Positions 1-7,076 of a stretch of DNA of 41,286 bases are shown piece after piece. The notes below the pieces were generated by a model. It worked only from the letters and a program-made list of their open reading frames with translations, was not told the DNA's origin and ran no database searches. Where the stretch lies: the IMG/VR virus record IMGVR_UViG_3300045988_132604. One strand, written 5' to 3'. A program made the translations under genes and the position numbers. Origin of the DNA: a virus. Every line of letters begins with the position of its first letter. Within the stretch, counting starts at the first letter, position 1.

Positions 1-119
1 GCAACTTTTTATTGCGCGTCCGTGCTAACGGCTGTTTGTGAAAATGCCTAAATATCTATGGTTTGTGGTACAATTACGTACTTTTGTGGGCAAAAAATCC
101 AAGTAGCTGCCGGATACCA
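1..119. repeat. 119-bp exact direct terminal repeat, copy 1 (identical to 41168..41286)
   Basis: Read directly. Bases 1-119 (gcaactttttattgcgcg...gctgccggatacca) recur exactly as the last 119 bases. The window begins and ends exactly on the repeat, as expected for a circular genome or contig overlap, or a short terminal redundancy. Confidence 0.9.
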
Positions 120-125
120 AAGAAG

Positions 126-158
126 AAAAGCATCCATGAAAATGGGTGCTTTTTCTTA
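126..158. terminator. Bidirectional intrinsic terminator between int (minus) and the last plus-strand gene across the circular junction
   Basis: 9-bp stem agcatccat / atgggtgct (one G:U) with a gaaa loop. A-rich 5' flank (agaagaaaa) and T-run 3' flank (ttttctt). Confidence 0.6.
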
Positions 159-174
159 GTATTTTAGGCGTTTT

Positions 175-1317
175 TTAATCGCCGCCGTTGCCGTGCGCTT
201 TGGGGCTGGCAACTTTACGGCAACTTTTTTCAAACGCGCCCTGTAACTGCTCTGCACTGTATTTTTCCTTCTGCGCCGAAAGGTGTGAATAAATTTCAAG
301 CGTAATTTTTGCATTGGCGTGGCCTAAATATCTTTGGGCGGAAAGCACGTCTACGCCCGCATTATATAGTACACTGGCGTAATTGTGCCGAAGGTAATGC
401 GGGGTGATAACCGATACCATCCGCCCGCCCTTTTCAATCGCGTCAATCTCCGGCGCGATATCGTACAGCCGCGCCATTAAGTCGTCCCATAGGCGGTATC
501 GCGTCGCATTGCGGTGATATGACCCTGTGGGGGATGGCACTACATACGACTGCGGCAGACCGCGCACGGGGCGCAGCTTGTCCGCCAGTTCGCGCGGCAT
601 GGGGATTGTCCGCACGGACTTATCCGTTTTGGGTGCATCTATCTCGCCCGTCTTGCCCGCCGCCTGCTGCTCAACGCGGATTGTCCCCGCCTTGAAGTCA
701 ATGTGCCGCCATTGCAGACCACACGCCTCACCGTACCGCATGCCCGTGTAGTACAGCAGGGCAAGCATTAGCGTGCCGTCCTCGTCTATCAGGCGCAGCA
801 CCGCATCCGTCTCCGCGTCCGTCAACGCCCTGCGCGTCTCCTTTGGCTTTGACGGGATTGTAAGCCCGACAGTGATGTCACGCGGGATAAGCCCCTGACT
901 ATATGCCCGCTGAAATACCCCACGCAGGATTGTAGATATGTTACCTATTATGGCCGCGCACGTGTCGGCCTTGGCGTTCAGCAGCCGTTGCAAGTCCTCC
1001 GTGGTGATTGCCGTAAGCCGCCGCCCCGCCAACGCGGGGAAGATATGCTTATATAACGCGGTGCGGTATGACATCTGCGCGGATACGCCTATATGCGGCT
1101 GCTTGTACACCTCGTACCATGTCAGTGCGTATCGGTCAAAAAGTACCCCCTCGGGCACCGCGTTTGCGCCCGTGACGTACTTTTCACGCGCCGCCGCCTT
1201 AGCCGCTTCAAGCTCTTTTTTCGTGCGGCCTGATACATACTTGACTATGCTTTTCCCGCTTGCGTCCGTGCCGACTGTGATTTTTGCACGGTAGCGCCCA
1301 TCTTTTTGCTTCGCCAT
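175..1317 (-). CDS. int: Tyrosine recombinase (phage integrase)
   Basis: 380-aa ORF. N-terminal SAM-like region. Catalytic-domain motifs RYGEACGLQWRHID, HYLRHNYAS and LGHANAKITLEIYSH (R..HxxR..Y signature). Sits at the genome end next to the attP-like non-coding region. Confidence 0.95.
   Translation of the reverse strand: MAKQKDGRYRAKITVGTDASGKSIVKYVSGRTKKELEAAKAAAREKYVTGANAVPEGVLFDRYALTWYEVYKQPHIGVSAQMSYRTALYKHIFPALAGRRLTAITTEDLQRLLNAKADTCAAIIGNISTILRGVFQRAYSQGLIPRDITVGLTIPSKPKETRRALTDAETDAVLRLIDEDGTLMLALLYYTGMRYGEACGLQWRHIDFKAGTIRVEQQAAGKTGEIDAPKTDKSVRTIPMPRELADKLRPVRGLPQSYVVPSPTGSYHRNATRYRLWDDLMARLYDIAPEIDAIEKGGRMVSVITPHYLRHNYASVLYNAGVDVLSAQRYLGHANAKITLEIYSHLSAQKEKYSAEQLQGAFEKSCRKVASPKAHGNGGD
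208..227. repeat. Tandem GGCAACTTT x2 (11-bp phase) inside the int 3' end; a matching pair lies at 41156..41175
   Basis: ggcaactttacggcaacttt here versus ggcaactttgcggcaacttt at 41156-41175 (1 mismatch). The pairs are about 220 bp apart on the circular map and flank the non-coding attP region. Candidate arm-type recombinase or RDF binding sites. Confidence 0.45.
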
Positions 1318-1395
1318 TTCATTGCCCCTTCCTTCTTTTTATGATATAATAGGGGCGAGCGTAGTTCGGCTATATCTCGCTCCCTTTCCTTTGTA

Positions 1396-1427
1396 CCGTG
1401 CGGCTGCAATCCGCACGGAATTTTTTT
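1396..1427 (+). terminator. Plus-oriented hairpin with T-run between int and the exonuclease gene
   Basis: 8-bp stem ccgtgcgg / ccgcacgg, 7-nt loop, then aattttttt. Only the plus orientation has a U-tract, although both flanking genes are on the minus strand. Confidence 0.35.
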
Positions 1428-2361
1428 ACAAGTTCATCAAATCGTAAAAGACATTTTCGGATATTATCTGCAAGTCTGCGCCTTTGGCGATCAGGCTTTC
1501 GGCCCGTTTCAGCTTGCTGCTTTTGCCGTCCTTGATCTTGCTGTAGTCGCTCGCACCCAAAATCAAAAAATTAGTGTCCTTATTTACCCCGTTGTCGCAC
1601 AACCCGCCGACATTTACCACGGCCTGCGCCGCGTCTAAGCGCACCATTTTGGCGAGTGTGCCCGTAAAAACACAATGCTTGCCATACAGCGGGTGCAGCT
1701 CGTCCACCTCCGTGCCGTCTGCCGCAAGCTTGCGCAAGTCTGTCCTTTGTGTGCCGTGGCGGCTTACTTCCGTAATGTACGCCTCTCGTCCCGCGCCCGC
1801 ATCGATACGCGCCAGCAATGCATTATAGCAGTCAATCGTAGCATGGCAATCACCCGTGGCGCGGTGAGCCTGCGCGTGGTCAACGCCAAGCGCATTTACG
1901 ATATCTTTAAGCCTGTGGTGCTTCAGGTCGGGCAGCACTTGCCGCGATATGCGCATGGTATCTATATAGCCGTTGCTTACGGGCGTTAAACCCTGACGTT
2001 CGCAATTATCATAAATAAAATTGATATCAAAATTGATATTATGGCCTAAAATGATATCGTCGCCCAGAAATTCACGGGCGGCGGGAAGCACCTCCGGCAG
2101 CGCCGGGGCGGCTGCAAGCATATCGTTTGTGATGCCCGTCAGCTCCGTCACAAATTCGTCTATCTCCACGCCTGGGTTTACCAGCGTGCTATACTCCGCC
2201 GCTACTTCGCCGTGGCGGACGCGCACCATGCCTATTTCTATGATGCTATCCCATTCCGGGTCAAGCCCTGTCGTCTCCAAGTCCAGCGCAACAAAATCCT
2301 CCGGCAGCGCATTTACGGCCTTGCCCTTGTTTTCGCGGACTTTTGCAAGCTTTTTTTTCAT
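1426..2361 (-). CDS. DnaQ-like DEDDh 3'-5' exonuclease fused to a C-terminal BRCT domain
   Basis: Start taken at MKKKLAKV (ATG at 2361, AGGAGG 7 nt upstream) rather than the longer track ORF. Exo motifs LDLETTGLDP, GHNINFDINF and HRATGDCHAT. C-terminal GKHCVFTGTL...DAAQAVVNVGG...NFLILG resembles the LigA-type BRCT domain. Confidence 0.8.
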   Translation of the reverse strand: MKKKLAKVRENKGKAVNALPEDFVALDLETTGLDPEWDSIIEIGMVRVRHGEVAAEYSTLVNPGVEIDEFVTELTGITNDMLAAAPALPEVLPAAREFLGDDIILGHNINFDINFIYDNCERQGLTPVSNGYIDTMRISRQVLPDLKHHRLKDIVNALGVDHAQAHRATGDCHATIDCYNALLARIDAGAGREAYITEVSRHGTQRTDLRKLAADGTEVDELHPLYGKHCVFTGTLAKMVRLDAAQAVVNVGGLCDNGVNKDTNFLILGASDYSKIKDGKSSKLKRAESLIAKGADLQIISENVFYDLMNL

Positions 2362-2387
2362 GTCGTTTCCTCCTGTCTTTTTACAAA

Positions 2388-2858
2388 TTACAAAATTGAG
2401 CCTTTCATGCCCTGCGCGGCTTCTGCGTGCCGCCTGAGCCATCCCACGGCGGGGTTTAACACATCGCACAAAAACAGCCCTATCAATATTCCGGTTACGC
2501 TTACGCTGTACACCACCGCCCACCGAAGCCATTTGCCAAGATGCTGTATGCGCCTATCCTTTTCCGCAAGCAGCAGCCTGACTGCGTTGGTGTACCTCTG
2601 TGTAGGCTCTTCGGCCTCCTGCGGCACGGCTCCGTAAATCTCGTCCACAAATTCATGCATTGTCGCGCCTAATCCCTTAGTAACGAGAATTTCATACGTC
2701 GCCATGGGTGTTCCGGTTGTGCCTTGCAGCGTGCGGGTAAGCGTAGAGGCGGCTATGCCGCTACGCTTTGACACGTCCTGCAAGGAGATCCCTCGCTTTT
2801 CACGCATTCGCGTAAACGCATCTGCGTATTTCCGATTATTGTCCTCAAAAATGCCCAT
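2388..2858 (-). CDS. XRE-family HTH protein with a C-terminal transmembrane anchor
   Basis: Start at MGIFEDN (GGGGAGAG RBS); alternative ATG at 2876. HTH segment ISLQDVSKRSGIAASTLTRTLQG. C-terminal hydrophobic helix WAVVYSVSVTGILIGLFLCDVL. 26 nt upstream of the exonuclease gene, so probably co-transcribed. Confidence 0.7.
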   Translation of the reverse strand: MGIFEDNNRKYADAFTRMREKRGISLQDVSKRSGIAASTLTRTLQGTTGTPMATYEILVTKGLGATMHEFVDEIYGAVPQEAEEPTQRYTNAVRLLLAEKDRRIQHLGKWLRWAVVYSVSVTGILIGLFLCDVLNPAVGWLRRHAEAAQGMKGSIL

Positions 2859-3002
2859 TTCTCTCCCCTTTTCCATTTTCGGTGTTGCCTTTTTCCATTT
2901 TTGGATGCGCCAATTCCGTTTCTGGCGCGCTTTTCCGTTTTTGGCCATATCCATTTTGCTATGTGTGTAGTAATCTGTACTTGCGCATAGGGGCGCACCC
3001 AC

Positions 3003-3041
3003 GGGGGCGGCGCAACCTTACCTTGCTTCTCCGCCGCCCCC
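3003..3041. promoter_or_regulatory. GC-rich hairpin between the repressor gene and the membrane XRE gene
   Basis: Perfect 10-bp stem gggggcggcg / cgccgccccc with a 19-nt loop. No U-tract on either strand. Confidence 0.3.
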
Positions 3042-3124
3042 GACCACCATCATACGGCTTTTGCCGTGTGGTGTCGGTGATATAGTATCATATATCAAAA
3101 TCTTTTTTCACGGAGGAAAAACAA

Positions 3125-3262
3125 ATGACATCGAAAGAAACTTTGCTTGCCCTGCTTAACAGCCTTACCCCCGAAGATATCACTTTGATGCTTTCGCTGC
3201 ACGAAACGCGGCGAGAAGAAGCGCAGCCTGTTCCTCCGTCATGTTCTCAATCTCTGCTTTGA
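3125..3262 (+). CDS. Small hypothetical ORF (45 aa) antisense to the repressor 3' end
   Basis: ATG preceded by GGAGG (8-nt spacer) and a TGnTATAGT extended -10-like element. Overlaps 3180-3262 of the repressor gene on the other strand. Coding status uncertain. Confidence 0.25.
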   Translation: MTSKETLLALLNSLTPEDITLMLSLHETRREEAQPVPPSCSQSLL

Positions 3263-3494
3263 GCAAAGCCTTATTGGAAGTATAGTCCTTATCATCTTCC
3301 CACCCCATGAGGTATGCAGGGGTGGTAGATAAAGCTTGCGCGAGTTCATCAATACGTGACAATGGCAAATTGGTCACGATGCCTTGCTCATATTTGCCTA
3401 TAGTTTGCTTGGTGGTGCGGAGTTTGTCTGCGAGTTCTTGCTGCGTCATGCCCCGCGCCTTGCGCAAGTTGCGTATTCTCTCCCCTAATGTCAT
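3180..3494 (-). CDS. CI-like XRE-family repressor
   Basis: MTLGERIRNLRKARGMTQQELADKLRTTKQTIGKYEQG is a classic XRE helix-turn-helix. Start taken at the ATG with a GAGGTG RBS (the track ORF extends to 3503). Divergent from a consensus early promoter. Confidence 0.85.
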   Translation of the reverse strand: MTLGERIRNLRKARGMTQQELADKLRTTKQTIGKYEQGIVTNLPLSRIDELAQALSTTPAYLMGWEDDKDYTSNKALLKAEIENMTEEQAALLLAAFRAAKASK

Positions 3495-3560
3495 TTCCAT
3501 CACCTCGAACCTATTTTAACATGGCACTTGCAAATATACAATAATTTTTTTGAAAAACAC

Positions 3561-3589
3561 TTGACAAGTTACATATAAGCGAATATAAT
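3561..3589 (+). promoter_or_regulatory. Early rightward promoter (perfect sigma-A consensus)
   Basis: TTGACA (3561-3566), 17-nt spacer, TATAAT (3584-3589). The -35 is embedded in the 11-bp palindrome ACTTGACAAGT. AAGTCACT motifs lie at 3591 and 3822. Confidence 0.75.
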
Positions 3590-3628
3590 AAAGTCACTCA
3601 ATAAGTTACCGGAAGGGAGGGAGCAAAG

Positions 3629-3823
3629 ATTAACAAGAATCTATACAGGGCGGCCTTAGCCAAATGTGGGATATCGCAGCAAGACTTGGCCAAAAAGCTT
3701 GGAATTGCGGAATCTACACTGATATCGAGGGTGAAAAAAGGCACATTAACTGTTGATGATGCTAACAAAATGATTGCCTTGCTCGATATCGATAATCCGG
3801 CAGAGATTTTTTTTACACATTAA
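3629..3823 (+). CDS. Cro-like HTH protein with an apparent ATT start codon
   Basis: 64-codon frame INKNLYRAALAKCGISQQDLAKKLGIAESTLISRVKKGTLTVDDANKMIALLDI..., which is an HTH. An in-frame stop lies at 3602. The only start-like codon at correct spacing (6 nt) after the strong SD GGAAGGGAGGGAG is ATT at 3629. No ATG, GTG or TTG occurs until far downstream. Confidence 0.6.
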   Translation: MNKNLYRAALAKCGISQQDLAKKLGIAESTLISRVKKGTLTVDDANKMIALLDIDNPAEIFFTH

Positions 3824-3887
3824 GTCACTTGAAAAGTGACCGAAGAAAAGAAAGAGAGCGCATAAAGAAGGAGGAAAGAGCACAATA

Positions 3888-4166
3888 ATGTTTGCAATTC
3901 AAAATCGGCGGACAGGTAAGTTCTTGTTTGGCACGGACTACCGCTACAATCCTCCCCGGCAGCGAACGAGCTTCGACGAAATGCGTACCTACCCCGATTT
4001 GAGCTACGCTGTGGCTGACTACAACAACCGCAGGTGTGGAGAAGATTATCGCATTGTAGTCCTCAAATCGGTAGAGGTCGAGCGAGTTATCGACTATGCG
4101 GAGCACTTGGACTACGATATGCGGCCTACAACAACCGCAGGTGTGGAGAAGATCGTCGCATTGTAG
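3888..4166 (+). CDS. Hypothetical protein; 3' end runs into a frame-shifted 50-bp repeat
   Basis: 92-aa ORF with an AAGGAGG RBS. The C-terminal PTTTAGVEKIVAL is the out-of-frame reading of repeat copy 2. Confidence 0.6.
   Translation: MFAIQNRRTGKFLFGTDYRYNPPRQRTSFDEMRTYPDLSYAVADYNNRRCGEDYRIVVLKSVEVERVIDYAEHLDYDMRPTTTAGVEKIVAL
4019..4068. repeat. 50-bp direct repeat, copy 1
   Basis: ctacaacaaccgcaggtgtggagaagattatcgcattgtagtcctcaaat. Copy 2 at 4126-4175 differs at 2 positions. The offset is 107 bp, which is not a multiple of 3. Confidence 0.9.
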
Positions 4167-4175
4167 TCCTCAAAT
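4126..4175. repeat. 50-bp direct repeat, copy 2
   Basis: ctacaacaaccgcaggtgtggagaagatcgtcgcattgtagtcctcaaat. 48/50 identical to 4019-4068. Confidence 0.9.
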
Positions 4176-4209
4176 ATGCATGGATAAGCGCCGCCGAGGT
4201 TATGTGCGC

Positions 4210-4281
4210 ATGAAAGTTGAAGATTTTATAGACATGATGATGGCAGAGACGAAAGCGGCAATCAAGGAAATGGAGGCATAA
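4210..4281 (+). CDS. Very small hypothetical protein (23 aa)
   Basis: MKVEDFIDMMMAETKAAIKEMEA with GAGG 10 nt upstream. Its ATG forms an ATGA overlap with the stop of the alternative frame of the upstream gene. An alternative ATG lies at 4180. Confidence 0.3.
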   Translation: MKVEDFIDMMMAETKAAIKEMEA

Positions 4282-4283
4282 AA

Positions 4284-4592
4284 ATGAGGACATGCCCAGA
4301 CTGTGGCGCGAATCTTGACAGCGGGGAGCGCTGCGATTGCGAAATGGAAGGAAAGGAGAAGCAAAATGGAGTTGGAGAAGATGCTGCGCGAGATGATACA
4401 GCAGGCCGTGGACGAGCGCATACACACCATTGCAGCGGTAGAAGAGCGCATGGTACGGGCGCATGGGGAGTATGTCCCCACCGCACAGGCCGCCGAGCTG
4501 CTGAATGTCAGCCCCGTCACCGTGCGGCGGATGCTGGCCGACGGGCGGCTTACGGGCACAGGCGGGGAAAAGCCGCTGGTGATGGTGCGTAG
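4284..4592 (+). CDS. Zinc-ribbon mini-protein start (MRTCPDCGANLDSGERCDCE...); 3' extent doubtful
   Basis: GGAGG RBS 8 nt upstream. The N-terminal CxxC...CxC looks genuine. After about 28 codons the frame turns into Arg/Gly/Ala-rich off-frame sequence overlapping the next gene. Confidence 0.25.
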   Translation: MRTCPDCGANLDSGERCDCEMEGKEKQNGVGEDAARDDTAGRGRAHTHHCSGRRAHGTGAWGVCPHRTGRRAAECQPRHRAADAGRRAAYGHRRGKAAGDGA

Positions 4593-4665
4593 CATGGCGC
4601 ACATGGCAGAGACGGGCAGGACGAGGAAGCAGAAATACCCCGATTTTGCCATTATAGGGAGGTAA
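4366..4665 (+). CDS. HTH DNA-binding protein (excisionase/MerR-like HTH_17 type)
   Basis: Start at MELEKML (AAGGAG RBS). The segment VPTAQAAELLNVSPVTVRRMLADGRL is typical of excisionase-family HTH domains. Confidence 0.7.
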   Translation: MELEKMLREMIQQAVDERIHTIAAVEERMVRAHGEYVPTAQAAELLNVSPVTVRRMLADGRLTGTGGEKPLVMVRSMAHMAETGRTRKQKYPDFAIIGR

Positions 4666-4668
4666 GCT

Positions 4669-4803
4669 ATGGCGAAGCTGACAAGGGCTGAATTTATCGC
4701 CCGCGCCGTGGCGGACAGAAGGAAGGACAAGCTGCGCGGGCAAAAAGAAGCGTATTGGGTGCGGTCGGCACACATAGACGCAGAAAGGCGGAAGAAAAGA
4801 TGA
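4669..4803 (+). CDS. Small basic hypothetical protein (44 aa)
   Basis: GGGAGG RBS 7 nt upstream. The stop overlaps the next start (ATGA). Below the 60-aa cut-off of the ORF track. Confidence 0.5.
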   Translation: MAKLTRAEFIARAVADRRKDKLRGQKEAYWVRSAHIDAERRKKR

Positions 4804-4907
4804 ACGTATGGCATATCGCATTATGGGTGTACATGGTAGCTGGCGAGGCTATACTGCTGGCGATTGCTTTTAGCATCTGCCGCAAGGACGCGAAGAAAGG
4901 GAAGTAA
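4800..4907 (+). CDS. Small membrane protein (35 aa, one TM helix)
   Basis: MNVWHIALWVYMVAGEAILLAIAFSICRKDAKKGK. ATGA overlap with the upstream ORF. Confidence 0.45.
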   Translation: MNVWHIALWVYMVAGEAILLAIAFSICRKDAKKGK

Positions 4908-4912
4908 AAATC

Positions 4913-5449
4913 ATGGAAGCAAAAGAAAAGCCCGTCGGGGGAGTTAGAACACCGACAGGCACCGATAAAGCAGGGGAAACCCCCTCTGCTGAAAGTATAT
5001 CATATCGTCTGCCTTTTGGTCAAGCCGTGCCCTTTGTTGCCTACGAAAAAGTTGCGGGCGGAGCGAAGGGCCTGGTTAGAATCGGGCGGGAGGTTTGTCC
5101 GAAGTTTGACAAAAGCAACTACTCAAAGGCCAAGAAGCCGGACGAGACGGGCGTGACGCTGTATAAACCCATCATCAAGGCATGGCAAGGCGCATACCCC
5201 GAAATAGCCGCCAAACAGCCCCGCAGGCATGAGCCGCATGACAGGCCGCACAAAATCACGCTGAGGGTATCAAAAGACCTGTACAGGCAGTTGCAACAAG
5301 CTCAGAAGGGGCGCACGATGCAGAACACAATCATGGGAATGATTATGGACTGCGTGATGAATCCAGGCAAGACGCGGATGGAGCTTTGGGCAGAGAATGC
5401 AGTCTTAAAAGCACAGATAATCAAACTAAAGGAGGAAACGGAGAAATGA
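4913..5449 (+). CDS. Hypothetical protein with a ribbon-helix-helix-like C-terminal segment
   Basis: 178-aa ORF. ITLRVSKDLYRQLQQAQKGRTMQNTIMGMIMD resembles a CopG/Arc RHH motif. Confidence 0.65.
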   Translation: MEAKEKPVGGVRTPTGTDKAGETPSAESISYRLPFGQAVPFVAYEKVAGGAKGLVRIGREVCPKFDKSNYSKAKKPDETGVTLYKPIIKAWQGAYPEIAAKQPRRHEPHDRPHKITLRVSKDLYRQLQQAQKGRTMQNTIMGMIMDCVMNPGKTRMELWAENAVLKAQIIKLKEETEK

Positions 5450-5922
5450 CACTGTATGAAATCGATAAGGAAATCCAAGCCCTTATCACCGAGGATGGCG
5501 AGATTGAGGACATTGAGCGCTTTGACGCGCTGGCAATGGAGCGCGACAAGAAGATTGAAAATGTGGGCTGCTGGGTGAAGAACCTTGATGCAGAAGCAGC
5601 GGCCATGCGCGAGGAAGAAAAGACCCTTGCCGAAAGGCGGCACAGGCTTGAAAACAAGGCCGAAAGGCTCAAAGCATACCTTGACCACGCACTTGACGGC
5701 GCGAAATTTGAAAGCCCCCGTGTGGCTATCAGCTATCGCAAGTCTAAAGCCGTGGAGATACAGGACGAGGCGGTATTTAAGGCATGGGCTAAGGATTATG
5801 CGCCCGCCCTGCTTAAAGTGGCCTACACCATAGATAAGACGGACGTAAAAAATTACATAGCAAGCGGCGCGGAATGCCCGTGCGCGGAGATTGCGGAAAG
5901 AAAGTCAATGCAGGTGAAGTGA
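5446..5922 (+). CDS. Siphovirus Gp157-family protein
   Basis: Start at MTLYEIDKEI (AAGGAGG RBS, ATGA overlap). Coiled-coil pattern ...IENVGCWVKNLDAEAAAMREEEKTLAERRHRLENKAERLKAYL is typical of the family. Sits upstream of the annealase and SSB. Confidence 0.75.
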   Translation: MTLYEIDKEIQALITEDGEIEDIERFDALAMERDKKIENVGCWVKNLDAEAAAMREEEKTLAERRHRLENKAERLKAYLDHALDGAKFESPRVAISYRKSKAVEIQDEAVFKAWAKDYAPALLKVAYTIDKTDVKNYIASGAECPCAEIAERKSMQVK

Positions 5923-6009
5923 CATGGAATGGTGGTTAATGCAGGAGGGCGAATGCCCCGAGTACCCCACGGGAACACCTGTTGAGAATTGGGAAGGAGA
6001 CAAAAAGTG

Positions 6010-6555
6010 ATGGAAGCAAGGAAATTTAACCCGAATGACCACTTGATACAGCTCAAAGGCAAGGATTATCTGCAAGTCATGTGGCGGCTGGTTTGGTTTA
6101 GGGAGGATAAGCCACTGTGGGCAATCACCACGCAGATGATAGCCCACGACACCGAGGCAAAGCATTGTATTTTTAAGGCTGAAATCCTTGATGAAAACGG
6201 CCTTGTGAAGTCAACCGGAACGGGCAGCGAAAGCATAAAGGACTTCGGCGATTACATCGAAAAGGCCGAAACGAAGGCGGTAGGCCGCGCCCTGGCTATG
6301 CTGGGATACGGCACGCAGTTTGCGCCGGAGCTGGACGAAGGCGACAGGATAGTCGATAGCCCCATCCCCGCCAAGCCTGATCCTGAGCGGGCGCAGTACC
6401 TAAAGGCCATAGCCGCAAGCAGGGTTGATGCACGGCTGATAGATGCATCGTGTATTAAGCGGTACAAAAAACCCCTTGAAAAGCTGACCACAGAGCAGCT
6501 TGCCGAAGTCGCCGTGCTGATGGCGCAGAGCGGAGCAGACAATGCGGGCGCGTAA
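6010..6555 (+). CDS. Rad52/Sak-like single-strand annealing protein
   Basis: EKAETKAVGRALAMLGYG parallels the conserved Rad52 helix-hairpin region. Lies in a recombination module. GGAAGGAGA RBS. An in-frame GTG at 6007 is an alternative start. Confidence 0.7.
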   Translation: MEARKFNPNDHLIQLKGKDYLQVMWRLVWFREDKPLWAITTQMIAHDTEAKHCIFKAEILDENGLVKSTGTGSESIKDFGDYIEKAETKAVGRALAMLGYGTQFAPELDEGDRIVDSPIPAKPDPERAQYLKAIAASRVDARLIDASCIKRYKKPLEKLTTEQLAEVAVLMAQSGADNAGA

Positions 6556-7072
6556 TTGCAAGATATCACGTGATTTTACCACGGGGCAATGGTCGGTGTC
6601 GTTTGACATCGACCGCCCCGAAGATATCCCGCAGGGTGAGCTTGACTTGACCATAAAGCCCTATAAGCCCAAGCGGAGCCTATCGGCAAACGCCTATATG
6701 TGGGTGCTGGTGGGCAAACTGGCGGACGCGACAGGGATTAGCAGCACCGATATATACCGCAACACGGTCAAGCAGTTGGGCGTATCACAGCTAATCGTAA
6801 TCAATGCAGCCGCCGCCCCCACCTTCAAACGGATTTGGGAACAGCATGGGTTAGGCTGGTTTGTGGACGATGTGGACGAGGATACGGGCGGCAGCGTGAT
6901 ACTCCGCGCGTACTACGGCAGCAGCACATACAACCGCAAGCAGATGGCGGCCTTGATAGACCTTGTGGTGCAGGATTGCAAGCAACTGGGCATAGACACT
7001 CTAACTCCTGCCGAATTGGCGGGGCTGGTGGACAGATGGGAAGCAGACGCAGGGCACAAGCAGAAAGGATAA
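6542..7072 (+). CDS. NinB/Orf-like recombination mediator
   Basis: KRSLSANAYMWVLVGKLADATG and STYNRKQMAALIDLVVQDCKQLGID resemble lambda NinB segments RSLDQNRKLWACLGDVS and STSRMRVGEFAELLELIQAFG, as recalled from memory. Confidence 0.55.
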   Translation: MRARNCKISRDFTTGQWSVSFDIDRPEDIPQGELDLTIKPYKPKRSLSANAYMWVLVGKLADATGISSTDIYRNTVKQLGVSQLIVINAAAAPTFKRIWEQHGLGWFVDDVDEDTGGSVILRAYYGSSTYNRKQMAALIDLVVQDCKQLGIDTLTPAELAGLVDRWEADAGHKQKG

Positions 7073-7076
7073 AAGC

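Noticed and set aside
90-119. tRNA 3'-end-like sequence (…gctgccggatacca), suggesting integration into a tRNA gene
   Set aside because: No T-arm (GTTCRANYC-type) or acceptor-stem complementarity could be found upstream. The ACCA probably occurs by chance at the contig overlap boundary.
1-119. Reading the 119-bp repeats as attL/attR of an integrated prophage
   Set aside because: The window contains no host flanks at all; it begins and ends exactly at the repeat edges. 119 bp of perfect identity at both termini is more typical of a circular-contig overlap or terminal redundancy. This cannot be excluded without reads or host sequence.
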